Shown here piece after piece: positions 1-19,000 of a DNA stretch of 64,000 bases. A program made the position numbers and the translations under genes. Numbering within the stretch: position 1 is the first letter of the stretch; the number at the start of each line of letters is the position of its first letter. The DNA is from Macrostomum lignano (Eukaryota). The notes beneath the pieces were generated by a model. It was not told the origin of the DNA, made no database searches, and saw only the letters and a list, made by a program, of their open reading frames with translations. The stretch covers positions 1 through 64,000 of the forward strand of contig NIVC01001726.1 in NCBI GenBank assembly GCA_002269645.1. The letters are read 5' to 3'.

Positions 1-88
1 CTGCAGTGCTCGGGCGGGATGCGGGCTGGGTGGATGGCTGTCTGGGTCTCCAAACCCTGTGTCTCAATTAACGACACAACAGCATTTA

Positions 89-715
89 GATTGGCGCACA
101 ATAGCATTTAGATTGGCGCCACAATAGCATTTATCTTGGCGCCACAATGGCATTTAGATTGGCGCCACAATAGCATTTAGATTGGCGCCACAATAGCATT
201 TATCTTGGCGCCACAATGGCATTCAGATTGGCGCCACAATAGCATTTAGATTGGCGCCACAATAGCATTTATCTTGGCGCCACAATAGCATTTATCTTGG
301 CGCCACAATAGCATTTAGATTGGCGCCACAATAGCATTTAGATTGGCGCCACAATAGCATTTAGATTGGCGCCACAATAGCATTTAGATTGGCGCCACAA
401 TAGCATTTATCTTGGCGCCACAATAGCATTTATCTTGGCGCCACAATAGCATTTAGATTGGCGCCACAATGGCATTTATCTTGGCGCCACAGTAGCATTT
501 ATCTTGGCGCCACAATAGCATTCAGATTGGCGCCACACTAGCATTCAGATTGGCGCCACAATAGCATTTAGATTGGCGCCACAATGGCATTCAGATTGGC
601 GCCATAATAGCCGTTAGATTGGCGCCTCAAAAACCCAGATTGGCGCTTCAAACACCCAGATTGGCGCCTCAAACACACACCCAGATTAGCGCCCCAAACA
701 CCCAGACAAAAAATA
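89..715. repeat. 23-bp minisatellite (GATTGGCGCCACAATAGCATTTA), degenerating at its 3' end
   Basis: Unit spacing of 23 nt read directly (e.g. 111 to 134); lies upstream of the first visible exon of the anosmin-like gene. Confidence 0.95.
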
Positions 716-822
716 TGTCATTCTGGGCCGCCACCAGTAGCCCGCGCTCAATTATCCAATTGGTTTCCACAAGAATTTCCAGTTTCGGTGACCCCGCGCG
801 TGCCGTTTTACCATTTCCGCAG

Positions 823-7321
<6,499 letters not shown>

Positions 7322-7488
7322 AGACGTCACCGCGCATCCCGCCGCTGCCCGACATCAACTCTTCCGCATTAAAAATTAAACTTCATGCACTGAATGCGAA
7401 ACTGTCAATACGCTTGTACAAAAGAGACTTGGCTCAGGCTTCAGAATCTGGAGAGGGAATTCGAGGAGAAGTCATTTTAAGTCGTTTT

Positions 7489-8025
7489 TAGGGCCAGTTC
7501 TCATGACATCTTAGGGCCAGTTCTCATGACATCTTAAGGCCGATTCTCATGACATCTTAGGGCCAGTTCTCATGACATCTTAGGACCGATTCTAATGACA
7601 TCTTAGGGCCAGTTCTCATGACATCTTATGACCGATTCTCATGACATCTTAGGACCGATTCTCATGACATCTTAGGGCCGATTCTCATGACATCTTAGGA
7701 CCGATTCTAATGACATCTTAGGGCCGATTCTCATGAAATTTAGGGTCAGTTCTCATGACATCTTAGGGCCAGTTCTCATAACATCTTAGGGCCAGTTCTC
7801 ATGACATCTTAGGGCCGATTCTCATGAAATCTTAGGGTCAGTTCTCATGACATCTTAGGGCCAGTTCTCATAACATCTTAGGGCCAGTTCTCATGACATC
7901 TTAGGGCCGATTCTCATGAAATCTTAGGGCCAGTTCTCATAACATCTTAGGGCCAGTTCTCATGAAATCTTAGGGCCAGTTCTCATGACATCTTAGGGCC
8001 AGTTCTCATGACATCTTAGGGACGA
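7489..8025. repeat. 23-bp minisatellite (GGGCCAGTTCTCATGACATCTTA)
   Basis: 23-nt spacing (7491 to 7514); just downstream of the anosmin-like stop codon. Confidence 0.95.
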
Positions 8026-8759
8026 TTCGAAAATGATTCATGTACTGTAAGGTATTCTCTAGGAAGCTGGCGAGCCTGGGCCAATCCATAAATCATATCT
8101 GATTTCTGATAAACACGCAACCAACCTTACAACCAACCACCCGGCATTTAGACTGGCAATAAAAACTGTCACGCCACCCCTTGAACAGGTGATCATAATC
8201 CACATGTACAGCAATAATCAGCGAACTCGATCAGCCTACACCTGTATCCATGCCTAAACTACCATAGCCGCTATACTTCCGTTGGACATCTGTGATTTTA
8301 TTTTCAAGTTTCGATGATGGAGGCGTCTGAAAATGTTTTTTTGGCACCCCACTTGGCTCAAATATCGTGCTCACAATCTAGCAGTGCTGTGTAACATTGA
8401 CTTGACAAGTACATGTATGTTTTTGTTGTTTGACTGCGAATATGGCTAAGATGGAAAATAGTGATTCTTGCGATCCGTTGCTTATCCTCTCGTCACTCTA
8501 TACAAACTCTAACTCTACATGCAGTTAGTGTACTGCACTATTTAATTAAAAATACTAAATATACGCTCGTACTATTAACTCCAAACAATGCACATTTTTT
8601 CAATGCACCTACGTTTCTGCAACTTTGGCGTTACGAGCTAAAGCAATATGATTGCCAATGCGCGTTTGATATTTGATTTATTGATTTGCCATGCGAGCAT
8701 GTAGTAGGGTTAGCGCTGCTACACCAGCCTCATCTTTGACGTATCCTCAAACTCGGCCT

Positions 8760-9790
8760 CATCTACCCCGAACTCGGCCTCACCTACCCCGAACTCGGCC
8801 TCACCTATCCCCTAATTCGGCCTCATCATCCCTCATCAATAAGCCTCATCAAACTCCTTAATCAACCAGCACTTATCAACTTTCAGTCAGCTTCATAACC
8901 CCTAAAAATCAGCCTCAGCACCTCTCAGAAACTCGTCATTAACCTTCATAAATCAGCTTCATCAACCCATTTGTAGGTCAACCGTAAAAATCAGCCTCAT
9001 CAATCAACCCTAAAAATCAGGGCTTCATCAGCCCAAACAATTAGCCTCATTACCCCCTCAAAAAAATCAGCCTCATCACCCCTGATAAATCAGCCTCATC
9101 ACCCCTCATAAATCACCCTTATCAACTCTCCATATATCAGTCCCATCACCCCCCATACAGGCCTAATCAACCCTTCATAAATCAGCCTCATCAGCCCTAT
9201 GACTCCTCATCAAACAGCCTCATGACCCCTCATAAATCAGCCTCATCACCCCTCCAAAAAATCAGCCTCATCACCGCTCATAAATCAGCCTCATTAGCCC
9301 TAATAAATCAGCCTGATCACCCCCTCATAAATCAGCCTCATCATCCCTCATCAATCAGCCTCATCACCCCTCATCAATCAGCCTCATCACCCCTCATCAA
9401 TCAGCCTCATCATCTCTCATCAATCAGCCTCATGACCCCTAATAAATCAGCTTCATCACCCCTCCAAAAATCAGCCTCATCACCCCATCAAAAAATCAGC
9501 CTCATCACCCCTCATAAATCAGCCTCATCACCCCATCCAAAAATCAGCCTCATCACCCTAATCAATCAGCCTCATCACCCCTCATAAATCAGCCTTATCA
9601 CCCTCATAAATCAGCCTCATCACCCTCATCAATCAGCCTCATCACCCTCATAAATCAGCCTTATCACCCCTCATCAATCAGCCTCATCACCCCTCATCAA
9701 TCAGCCTCATCACCCCTCATAAATCAGCCTTATCACCCCTCATAAATCAGCCTTATCACCCCTCATAAATCAGCCTTATCGCCCGTCCAA
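8760..9790. repeat. Degenerate ~22-23-bp minisatellite (AAATCAGCCTCATCACCCCTCAT)
   Basis: Directly visible; divergence increases toward the 5' end. Confidence 0.9.
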
Positions 9791-10545
9791 AAATCAGCGT
9801 CAAAAACAGAGGCATAAAAATAACTAAGGAACAAGACAAAAGTGCTCAGCCAAGCGCCAATTTCAATCCACTCAGGGAATTCAAACAGGCCCGGGAAAAT
9901 TCAGTGAAAAATTTCCCACGTGAAACAAGTTGCACTGAATCATAGCATTTTGCTGTCTCTGCTGCTGTCCAATATCTGTGTAATTAAAAATTGATAATTA
10001 TTGATTGGCTTCAAGCAAGCTGAGCCCAACGAAAGCAAGAAATGAGTTTGAGTAACATAGTTTTGCGGTAGAAAAAGTACAGTAGTCAGAGTCTGTGTAG
10101 GCGGAGATATCAAGCATTACAAAGGAAAAAAACAACTGTTACATCCCAACAATAGACAGAAATTCCCAAGCTTACTAACAGTAGAATATAATATACGAGC
10201 ATATCTAGAGCTGAAAACAGGTTAGAAAGTTAATGTTAATTATAAACTTAGGCGAGTGAAAAACTCACTACTTGCGAGTAGTAGCTAAGCTGGAAAATTG
10301 AAACACAGTAAGTATAATATTGCTTTAAAGCCACTTATAGTCATAGAGATGTTGCCAAATTAGATGTCGGTAAATTAATTAACAAACTGAGAATAGACAG
10401 CTCACTTGTACTACTTGCTAGCTAAGTAGTATAACACACATTTTGATAGTCACCCTATATATGCTGTGAGCTATCCAGTCTATCTGATCACCAAACACAC
10501 ACAACCCGCTGCTGTCAAAATGGAACCCGAGGATCACTCGGCAGT

Positions 10546-13500
10546 CTAGCACGGTCGGCCCATGCCGCGGCCCGGCTTCACCGGCTTGTTCTCATTGGGC
10601 AGGGTGCTGGAGCTGGCCGGATTCTTCACAGTCTCGTCAACGCTGAGCATGCTGCAGGCGGCCTCGGAGGCGGCCACAATGGCATTGGCCTTCACCAGGG
10701 CCGGCTCCCACACGCAGGCGGTGAAATTGTCGGCAACGTCCTCGCGCTGGATGTCGACGCCGGCCCACAGGTCGCCGTTGGCGTGCCGGTTGCGCAGCTT
10801 GTTGAGCACGAAGGTGGCGTCGAAGCCGGCGTTGTCGCACAGCTGGCGGGGAATGAGCTCGAATGCCTTGGCCATGGCGCCAATCAGCAGCTGCTGCTTG
10901 CTGGTGACATTGCGCGAGTGCTGGCGCAGGTGGTAGCTCAGCTCCATGTCGATGGCGCCGCCGCCGGCCACCACCGAGTCGTTTTTCCTGGCCCGGCGCA
11001 CAATCATGATGGCGTCGTGCAGGGATCGCTCGGTCTCCTCCATGAACTGTTCGGCACCGCCGCGGAGCACAATAGTGCAGGTTCGAGCTCGGGGACACCC
11101 GGTGAACAGGTTGTACCTGTCGGCACCGATCTGCACCTCTTCGAATAGTTCGCAGGTGCCCAGCGTGGCGTCGGTCAGGCCAACAACGGTGGTGTGGATG
11201 CGGCCACCGCAGGCCTTCTGAGTCCGGCGGAGGTCCTCCTCGGGCACGCGGCCGGCGCAGAACATGTCGCGGTCGGCGCACCACTGGGTGGCCACGTCGC
11301 CAATGGGCAGCTTGGATAGCACAATTTTCACTCCGGCTTTGTGCAGCGTGACCAGCTTGTCGTATAGTATGTTCCACTCGGTGTCCACCACCTGCGAGAG
11401 TATTTATAAAGTGTCTTTTCTAAACATATCGGTATAGGGACTAGTTTTAATAAATTAGATAGATATGGCACTCCTCTTCACGTCATTTATTGAGAAATTA
11501 TAAACCAATTCACCTGGCCACTTTATTCTTTATCATTGTATCTGTGGTCCCCGCTTTGTCGGTTTTTAGTTCTTTTTGACACATATCGGTAATCAACCCA
11601 GTATATAGAAAATGCTCCATTCAGAGATCTCCACAATAAGAATACTTCCTCGTATCAGTTAACTAAACTACTATGTAGAACATAGAAAGTTAGTTATATA
11701 AAAAATTAAATTTGGTCACATTGAGAATCGAACCCAGGACCTTAGAAACAGATAAAAGTACATGCGAGTGAAGCAAACTCACCTTCTGGTACTCTTCGAC
11801 GCTCTTAACTCGAACTTCGGCATTTTCGCGCTCGGCTCGCAGCTCGAGTTCAATGTTGAGCAGGGCAATCTTCGGGTTGGCATATTTCTTTGGCTGCATC
11901 TCGAAGCCGGCGTAGCTGAACGTCTTCTTGAAGGCGACGCCCGACACCAGTCGGGTGTCCTCCAGGGCACCGCCGGCAACCTTCTTGATGCCGATCATGT
12001 CAAGTGGCAGCAGCTCGTCAAGCAGCATCACAGCGTCTACCACCAGCTTGCTGAAGAACTCCTTCTGGTGGGCCACCAGCTTGGAGTTCAGGGCAGTGGT
12101 CGCGCACTTCTCCAGCAGGCTGCGGACCTGGCTGTAGTGGGATTTGGAATTCTAAGTTATGGGATTAGGATTCTGAGTTGTGGGATTGGGATTTTTAGTT
12201 GTGGGATTGGGATTCTTACTTGTGGGATCGGAATTTTTAGTTGTGAGATTGGAATTCTCAGTTGTGGGATTGGGATTCTCAGTTCTGGGATTGGAATTCT
12301 CAGTTGTGGGATTGGAATTCTCAGTTGTGGGATTGGAATTCTCAGTTGTGAGATTGGAATTCTCAGTTGTGGGATTGGGATTCTCAGTTCTGGATTGGGA
12401 TTCTCAGTTGTGAGATTGGAATTCTCAGTTGTGGGATTGGGATTCTCAGTTCTGGGATTGGAATTCTCAGTTGTGGGATTGGGATTCTCAGTTGTGGGAT
12501 TGGGATTCTCAGTTGTGGGATTGGGATTCTCAGTTGTGGGATTGGAATTCTCAGTTGTGGGATTGGAATTCTCAGTTGTGGGATTGGAATTCTCAGTTGT
12601 GGGATTGGGATTCTCAGTTGTGGGATTGGGATTCTCAGTTGTGGGATTGGAATTCTCAGTTGTGGGATTGGGATTCTCAGTTGTGGGATTGGGATTCTCA
12701 GTTGTGGGATTGGGATTCTCAGTTGTGGGATTGGAATTCTCAGTTGTGGGATTGGGACTCTCAGTTGTGGGATTGGGATTCTCAGTTGTGGGATTAGAAT
12801 TTTTAGTTGTGGGATTGGGACTCTCAGTTGTGGGATTGGGATTCTCAGTTGTGGGATTAGAATTTTTAGTTGTGGGATTGGGATTCTCAGTTGTGGGATT
12901 GGAATTTTCAGTTGTGGGATTGGGACTCTCAGTTGTGGGATTGGAATTTTCAGTTGTGGGATTGGGATTCTCAGTTGTGGGATTGGAATTTTTAGTTGTG
13001 GGATTGGGATTCTCAGTTGTGGGATTGGGATTCTCAGTTGTGGGATTGGGACTCTCAGTTGTGGGATTGGAATTTTCAGTTGTGGGATTGGGATTCTCAG
13101 TTGTGGGATTGGAATTTTTATTTGTGGGATTGGGATTCTCAGTTGTGGGATTGGGATTCTCAGTTGTGGGATTGGAATTCTCAGTTGTGGGATTGGGATT
13201 CTCAGTTGTGGGATTGGGATTCTCACTTGTGGGTTCGTGATTTTTAGTAGTGGGAGTTCAGACTCACGCAGGATCGTCCTTAGCGATCTTAACGGCGATC
13301 TCATCCAGCCGGTCCAGAGCCAGCTGGGTGCCCCTGCGCAGGGCGTGGATCACCACCCTGGGGTGGACGCCCTCCTCTAGGAACGGCTTCATCTGACGAA
13401 GGAACTCGCAGGCCAGAATCACTACGCTGGTTGTACCGTCGCCAACTTGAGCATCCTGCGATTTGGCGATGTCAACCAGGATTCTAGCGGCCGGGTGTAC

Positions 13501-13721
13501 AACGTTGAGCAGCTTCAAAATGGTGGCGCCATCGTTGGAGATGGTGGCCTTCTTGCGGTCGTCGATGATCAGTTTGTCCATGCCGCGGGCCCCAGGGTGG
13601 TGCGCACGGCCTCGGCTATGGCCTGGCAGGCGTTGATGTTGGAGATGATCTGCGGCAGGCCCTGCGAGGAGTCGGTGCCCTCCTTCAGCAGGATGATTCT
13701 GGGCTGGATTTGCTGAGTCAT
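10546..13721 (-). CDS. CCT7: T-complex protein 1 subunit eta (chaperonin CCT7); exons 13721-13268, 12131-11783, 11391-10546
   Basis: [72 protein letters not shown] and [13 protein letters not shown] match CCT7. GT-AG junctions are in phase. There is one 1-nt deletion at ~13588 (TTLGP/RGMDKL). Confidence 0.97.
12136..13232. repeat. 21-bp minisatellite (CTCAGTTGTGGGATTGGGATT) filling CCT7 intron 1
   Basis: 7-aa periodicity in several ORF frames; runs up to the acceptor. Confidence 0.97.
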
Positions 13722-13959
13722 GATGATGATAATAAGCTGTTAACTATTGAGTTCCGGTTTTGCAGTTGAAATTTACTTGCTTGCTTTTGCATGCAGTAAG
13801 AAAATAGAGCAGAGATGGAGTTACTATGGTGCTTAATAAATACGAACTGCCGTTTCGTCTATGGCACTAACTGAAAATCGACTCTGAACTCGAAATGCAG
13901 GCATCAGCGACACTCGTCCATATGCTGCTCAAATTCTCACCTGCAGACTGATCGAGATC

Positions 13960-15660
13960 TCACCTACTGATCAAAATCTCACCTATAGACTGATCAAAAT
14001 CTCACCTACAGACTGATCAAAATCTCACCTACAGACTGATCAAGATCTCACTTACAGACTGATCAAAATCTCACCTACAGACTGATCAAGATCTCACCTA
14101 CAGACTGATCAAGATCTCATCTACAGACTGATCAAAATCTCACCTACAGACTGATCATAAATCTTCACCTACAAACTGATCATAAATCTCACCTACAGAC
14201 TGATCAAAATCTCACCTACAGACTGATCAAAATCTCACCTACAGACTGATCAAAATCTCACCTACAGACTGATCAAAATCTCACCTACAGACTGATCAAA
14301 ATCTCACCTACAGACTGATCAAGATCTCACTTACAGACTGATCAAAATCTCACCTACAGACTGATCAAGATCTCACCTACAGACTGATCAAGATCTCATC
14401 TACAGACTGATCAAAATCTCACCTACAGACTGATCGAAATCTCACCTACAGACTGATCAAAATCTCACCTACAGACTGATCGAAATCTCACCTACAGACT
14501 GATCAAAATCTCACCTACAGACTGATCGAAATCTCACCTACAGACTGATCAAAATCTCACCTACAGATTGATCAAAATCTCACTTGCAGACTGATCAAAA
14601 TCTCACCTACAGACTGATCAAAATCTCACCTACAGACTGATCAAAATCTCACCTAAAGACTGATCAAAAAATCTCACCTACAGACTGATCATAAATCTCA
14701 CCTACAGACTGATCAAGATCTCACCTACAGACTGATCAAAATCTCACCTACAGACTGATCAAAACCTCACCTACAGACTGATCAAAATCTCACCTACAGA
14801 CTGATCAAAACCTCACCTACAGACTAATTAAAATCTCACCTACAGACTGATCAAAATCTCACCTACACCTACAGACTGATCAAAACCCCACCTACAGCTA
14901 CAGACTGATCAAAACCTCACCTACAGACTAATTAAAATCTCACCTACAGACTGATCAAAATCTCACCTGCAGACTGATCAAGATCTCACTTACTGATTAA
15001 AATCTCATCTACTGATTAAAATCTCACCTACAGATTGATCAAAACCCCACCTACAGCTACAGACTGATCAAAACCTCACCTACAGACTAATTAAAATCTC
15101 ACCTACAGACTGATCAAAATCTCACCTACACCTACAGACTGATCAAAACCCCACCTACAGCTACAGACTGATCAAAACCTCACCTACAGACTAATTAAAA
15201 TCTCACCTACAGACTGATCAAAATCTCACCTGCAGACTGATCAAGATCTCACTTACTGATTAAAATCTCATCTACTGATTAAAATCTCACCTACAGACTG
15301 ATCAAAATCTCACCTACAGACTGATCAAAATCTCACCTACAGATTGATCAAAATCTCACTTGCAGACTGATCAAAATCTCACCTACAGACTGATCAAAAT
15401 CTCACCTACAGACTGATCATAAATCTCACCTACAGACTGATCATAAATCTCACCTACAGACTGATCAAGATCTCACCTACAGACTGATCATAAATCTCAC
15501 CTACAGACTGATCATAAATCTCACCTACAGACTGATCATAAATCTCACCTACAGACTGATCAAGATCTCACCTACAGACTGATCATAGATCTCACCTACA
15601 GACTGATCAAGATCTCACCTACAGACTGATCATAAATCTCACCTACAGACTGATCAAGAT
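13960..15660. repeat. 23-bp minisatellite (ATCTCACCTACAGACTGATCAAA), between SPAG1 and CCT7
   Basis: Directly visible, ~1.7 kb. Confidence 0.97.
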
Positions 15661-16047
15661 CGTAACTATACGAGCGCGGACTTATCTCTACTAAAAACTA
15701 TTAAACTTCTAACTAAAACTATTTAAAAAATAAACGAAAAATCAGAATACCAACAATTGCATTGTATCAAAAAACGTAGCACAGCGTTACACATATCCAG
15801 TAAACTTGTATTCAGGAATTAGTGAGGCATTATAAAACCGCTATTTTTCACCACCATAACCTTGTGGACGGAAAAGAATATAAGAAAGTCACAAATTTAA
15901 GAAGCAAGAAACGCGTCTACACTACTCAAAGTAGCTTGAAGGGAAATTATTATTAAATGATGAGACACAAAACCAGCAGAAAAAGTTCAGTGCAACATCG
16001 TGTAGAAAAAAGGGAAAAATTGAGCTCCAAACAGCATCCGAGCTGCA

Positions 16048-19000
16048 TCACAGTTTGTAGGCCGTTTTCAACGCGCGCATCTCGTCTGGGCTGAGGGCGC
16101 CCAGCGACTCCAGCTTAGCGGCTGTGGCCGACAAATCTGAAAATACATTGGATTAATAAAGATTATCAAGCTGATCAACAGACACAATCAAGCTGAACAA
16201 CAGACACAATCAAGCTGAACAACAGACACAATCAAGCTGAACAACAGACACAATCAAGCTGAACAACAGACACAATCAAGCTGAACAACAGACACAATCA
16301 AGCTGAACAACAGACACAATCAAGCTGAACAACAGACACAATCAAGCTGAACAACAGACACAATCAAGCTGAACAACAGACACAATCAAGCTGAACAACA
16401 GACACAATCAAGCTGAACAACAGACACAATCAAGCTGAACAACAGACACAATCAAGCTGAACAACAGACACAATCAAGCTGAACAACAGACACAATCAAG
16501 CTGAACAACAGACACAATCAAGCTGAACAACAGACACAATCAAGCTGAACAACAGACACAATCAAGCTGATCAACAGGACACAATCAAGCTGATCAACAA
16601 CAGACACAATCAAGCTGAACAACAGACACAATCAAGCTGAACAACAGACACAATCAAGCTGAACAACAGACACAATCAAGCTGAACAACAGACACAATCA
16701 AGCTGAACAACAGACACAATCAAGCTGATCAACAGGACACAATCAAGCTGATCAACAACAGACACAATCAAGCTGAACAACAGACACAATCAAGCTGAAC
16801 AACAGACACAATCAAGCTGATCAACAGACACAATCAAGCTGATCAACAGACACAATCAAGCTGATCAACAGACACAATCAAGCTGATCAACAGGACACAA
16901 TCAAGCTGATCAACAGACACAATCAAGCTGATCAGAGACAAACCAGAAGCGCAGACAATCAGCACAAAGCCCAAGCCACTGACCGGCCTTCTCCTTGGCA
17001 TCCAGGAACATGACGACAAAGTCGAATCGTTCAGCGCCGGGCAGGCTGAGCAGCACGTTGGCGCCGGCGCGAGCGTCTCGCTCGGCCAGGCGGTCCCTGA
17101 CGGCGGCCACAATCTGCGCCAGCATGAGGCCGTCCAGCTTATTGGACAGCAGACGCGGCAGGCGGCTGCACTCGATGGCGGTCAGCATGTCGGCGTGAAC
17201 TGCCGAGGCCGGCTGGCTAGGAGAAGAAGACCGAGCTGCGGACAGCCAGGCCTGAGTAAACTCGAACGGGCTGCAGTCTGGGCGAACACAGGCCGAAGGC
17301 TTGTCGCCGACTGGCTCCGGAAATTGCAAACGCGGTGACGCGACGGTCGTTTTGTCGGTGGACGATACGCTTGTCTTAGTAGCCAATGTACTTTTTACAG
17401 GCTCGATAGTACTTTTGTCGGCAACTGGTGCACTTTTATTCGACTCTGCTGTACTTTTGATAGCAGCCGATGTTGTAGTAGTTTCGTTTGTACTTTTAGC
17501 AAGTACAGCTGCACTATTATCAGCAGCCGGTGTAATTTCATTCGACTCGGGTGTACTTTTCTCAGCAGCAGATACATCGGCAACAAGAGTACTATTATTG
17601 GAGTCTACTGTACTTTTATCGGTAGCTGTTGTACTTATTTCGGGTGTCGCCCCCCGCGCACCAGCGGCAGTCAGCCTCGACTCGGTCACAACTCCATCAA
17701 CCTCGCGAACAACGGCCACATCCGCAGCGTCTTGTCCAGCTTCTTCTTCATCGTCATCTTCGTCTTCAACTTCTTCAACAAGAACTCGCCTGCCCGCGGA
17801 TTTCCGCATAGCCGATTCAACCTCGGCAATCTCCTTAGCAATCTGCTTATTGAGCGGATCGAACGATTTGGCCAGATTGAAATCCAGCAGGCTCTCCCGA
17901 TAGAAGCCGAGCATTTTGCGGGCAACGCCGCGCCTGAAAATTGCTTTCATATTGTTGGGCTCGAGTTCCAACGCCATGTTGCACTCGTACACGGCGTCGT
18001 TAGGCTGGTCGAGTTTGATGTAACAGACGGCTCTGTTGGTGTAGGACACCGGGTCATTGGGCCGCAGCTCGCTGCATTTGTCGTAAAGCTTCACGGCACG
18101 GGCATAGTTGCCCGCTTTGAATAGCTGGTTGCCGGCCTCTTTAGCCGCGTCAAATTCGTCTGCCGGAGGCTGGGCCGGCGCCGCTTCATCCTGGGCAGCT
18201 GCCGCTTTCTTGTTGCTGGATTTTTTACCGGACTTCTTCTTGGATTTTTCTTTATTAGTCGAGTTGGCTGCTTCTGCGGCTTTCTCTTGCTGCTGAGGTT
18301 GCTCAACAGTGCTACTGTTGCTGGGGGAATACAGGTGGACAATGGATCCTTCATCACTGGCGGGCTGGCTTGCTCAGTCTCAACTTGACTATTCGAAGAC
18401 TGCACAGTCGAGCAGCTCCCGCCAGCAGCAGCTTGATGGCGCCCGTTCAGAGCGTTGCTGACTGGACCATTAGCTTCTAATCCAGCATTATTGTCGTCTT
18501 CATCATCCTCTTCCGAGCTGCCAACCTCTTCGATAACCATTCGCTTGGCCGAGGCGGAGGTCTTGCCCCGCTTAGCCAGTTCAGCATCCAGTTCGGACAG
18601 CAGAGCGGAGCCGGCCGCACTGCCGGGGTCCAGGCGTAGCAGGCGCTCCAAGTCTGCGCGGGCGTCAACAATTCGATGAATTTTTTGATAGGCGGTGGCC
18701 CGGCGCAGCAGCGCTTTAACGTTGTCTGGCTCGGCTTTGAGCACGCGGCCGCAGTCTTTTACGCAGGCGGTGTACTTTTGCAGTTTTAGATCTGTAATAA
18801 TGATAGTAATGCATCGGTAAACCATTGACATCTCAGCATTTTCCAAATGCCAGCTCGGAAACTTTCCGCAAACTCAAATCAGACTACTGATAGTAGAAAT
18901 ATGCAAAAATTATGACAAAAAACAAACGCAAATTCACAACAAACGAAAGCTTAATTTTTTTAAATCAGACTACTGACAGTAGAAATATGCAAAAATTATG

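Noticed and set aside
10562-11377. Overlapping and antisense ORFs over CCT7 exon 3 (likewise over SPAG1, CDK9 and RNF146)
   Set aside because: Expected shadow ORFs of GC-rich coding sequence, with no independent support.
11762-13380. 492-aa, 337-aa and 306-aa repetitive ORFs
   Set aside because: Artefacts of the 21-bp array in CCT7 intron 1.
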